Source: Pseudomonadota bacterium (GTDB taxonomy: Bacteria > Pseudomonadota > Alphaproteobacteria > UBA828 > JAPUJA01). From it: 26,282 nucleotides of DNA. The notes under the pieces were generated by a model. The model made no database searches, was not told where the DNA came from, and was given only the letters and a program-made list of their open reading frames with translations. The position numbers and the translations under genes are program-made. Location of the stretch: NCBI GenBank assembly GCA_027296525.1, contig JAPUJA010000272.1, positions 1-26,282 on the forward strand, written 5' to 3'. Shown here one piece after another: positions 24,751 through 26,282 of the stretch. Positions within the stretch are counted from its first letter, which is position 1. The number at the start of each line of letters is the position of its first letter.

Positions 24751-26282
24751 ATGCTAGAGAAGACGAGCGAGGCCACGATCGTGCCTACGGCGGGGGCCAC
24801 GAACGAGATTGACGACGCGACGTTGGCCCAGGTCATCGACGAGGCGCGCGAATCCTATCGCGCCGAGCAGCGCCCCGGCGGATATTGGCTCTATGAGCTC
24901 GAGGCGGATGTCACGATCTCCGCGGAATACATCATGCTTCTCCACTACCTGGACGAGCGAGACCCGCCGCTTGAAGAGAAGATCGCGAAATACATCCGCA
25001 CGATCCAGCATGACGACGGGGGCTGGCCGCTCTTCTGGAGCGGCCCTGCGGACATCAGCGCGACCGTAAAGGGCTATTTCGCGCTCAAGCTTGCGGGCGA
25101 CGATCCCAACGCGCCCCATATGAAGCGGGCGCGCGATTTGGTTCTCGCCATGGGCGGCGCGGCCAAGAGCAACGTCTTCACCCGCACCACCCTTGCTCTC
25201 TTCGGTCAGGTGCCATGGCGTGCCGTGCCGACCATGCCGGTCGAGATCATGCTCTTGCCCAAATGGTTCCCGTTTCATCTCGACAAGGTGTCCTATTGGT
25301 CGCGCACCGTCATCGTGCCTCTTCTCATCATGATGGCCAAACGCCAACCGGCCAGGAATCCGACCAACGCCGGCATACGCGAGCTTTTCGTCACACCGCC
25401 TGAAGCGGAGCGCGCCTATTTTCGCGACGCGAACGGCGTTCTCGGCCACCTCTTCCGCGGCGTCGATAAGGTCCTGAAAACCACCGAGCCTATCTTTCCC
25501 AGGAAACTGCGCGAGAAATCGATAAGGCGCGGGCTCGAATGGATTCTCCTGCGCCTCAACGGCGAAGACGGCCTCGGAGGAATCTTCCCCGCCATGGCGA
25601 ACAGCCTGATGGCCCTCGACGCCCTGGGATATCCGCGGGAGGATCCGACACGCCAGACGATCAAGCGCTCGATCGACCTCTTGCTGAGCGATGAAAAGGA
25701 AGGGGGGCTGCGTTACTGTCAACCCTGCCTCTCCCCGATCTGGGATACCTGCCTCGGCGGCCTCGCCATGCTCGAGGCGGGCGAGCCGGGGGATAGCGCC
25801 ACCATGGAGAAGGCCTCCGGCTGGCTGCTCGAACGCGAGATCCTCGACGTCGTCGGCGACTGGGCGTCGCGGCGACCCGAAATCAAGCCGGGCGGTTGGG
25901 CCTTCCAGTTCCGTAACGATTACTATCCGGACGTCGACGACACGGCGGTGATCGGCATGCTCTTGCATCGGGCCGATCCGGAACGCTACGGCGAAGCGAT
26001 CAAGCGCACGGCCCGCTGGATCGAAGGAATGCAGTGCAAGAGCGGCGGTTGGGGCGCGTTCGATGCGGACAACGAACATTATTATCTCAATTACATCCCA
26101 TTCGCCGATCACGGTGCATTGCTCGACCCGCCGGAGATCGACGTCACCGGTCGCTGTGTCAGCTTCCTGTCACAAATAGGCTATTCGCGCGATCATCCGG
26201 CGATCCGAAAAGGCATCGAATTCATCAAACGCGACCAGGAGCCCGACGGTTCGTGGTACGGCCGCTGGGGCACGAACTACAT
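24751..26282 (+). CDS. shc: Squalene-hopene cyclase (5' part; runs off the window end)
   Basis: Translated by hand from ATG 24751 with no stop to the end: ELEADVTISAEY, QHDDGGW, QPCLSPIWDT, GGWAFQFRNDYYPDVDDTAV (DxDD at 25930-25941), MQCKSGGWGAFD, QEPDGSWYGRWGTNY. Absent from the ORF track; GTG 24781 is an alternative start. Confidence 0.96.
   Translation, partial: MLEKTSEATIVPTAGATNEIDDATLAQVIDEARESYRAEQRPGGYWLYELEADVTISAEYIMLLHYLDERDPPLEEKIAKYIRTIQHDDGGWPLFWSGPADISATVKGYFALKLAGDDPNAPHMKRARDLVLAMGGAAKSNVFTRTTLALFGQVPWRAVPTMPVEIMLLPKWFPFHLDKVSYWSRTVIVPLLIMMAKRQPARNPTNAGIRELFVTPPEAERAYFRDANGVLGHLFRGVDKVLKTTEPIFPRKLREKSIRRGLEWILLRLNGEDGLGGIFPAMANSLMALDALGYPREDPTRQTIKRSIDLLLSDEKEGGLRYCQPCLSPIWDTCLGGLAMLEAGEPGDSATMEKASGWLLEREILDVVGDWASRRPEIKPGGWAFQFRNDYYPDVDDTAVIGMLLHRADPERYGEAIKRTARWIEGMQCKSGGWGAFDADNEHYYLNYIPFADHGALLDPPEIDVTGRCVSFLSQIGYSRDHPAIRKGIEFIKRDQEPDGSWYGRWGTNY

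Noticed and set aside
24754-26112. 452-aa minus-strand ORF, and similar long antisense or off-frame ORFs (e.g. 12413-14002, 9047-10468, 14838-16067, 20366-21631, 3829-5133)
   Set aside because: They mirror well-supported genes; high-GC codon bias suppresses stops in alternative frames; no recognisable motifs.
1-26282. tRNA, rRNA, IS elements, integrases or prophage genes
   Set aside because: No cloverleaf, rRNA-like stretch, transposase or integrase motifs recognised on either strand by eye; a covariance-model scan was not possible.

Overview
GC-rich (roughly two-thirds GC by eye) alphaproteobacterial chromosome segment, Rhodospirillales-like by gene content, in two halves. Left half (1-12631) is mostly housekeeping: an amidase-signature enzyme, a small hypothetical gene behind three perfect 21-bp tandem repeats, a D-Ala-D-Ala carboxypeptidase with SPOR domain, a DedA/PAP2/LssY fusion whose phosphatase motifs look destroyed, then DUF502-recG-sdhE-mfd. 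Right half (12628-26282) has a SagB-type nitroreductase/pterin-4a-carbinolamine dehydratase pair, an AT-rich divergent control region, and an unusual hopanoid locus: dxr-hpnC-hpnD, a PhnY-like Fe(II)/2-oxoglutarate dioxygenase and a LicC/PntC-like cytidylyltransferase (minus strand), a CDP-alcohol phosphotransferase translationally coupled to hpnA, a PagL-like outer-membrane deacylase, dxs, and squalene-hopene cyclase (runs off the window and is missing from the ORF track). No hpnE is visible. The best candidate new system is the activate/transfer/hydroxylate module inside the hopanoid cluster, which may build a phospho- or phosphono-headgroup on a hopanoid or other lipid. All family assignments come from motif recognition by eye, without database searches.
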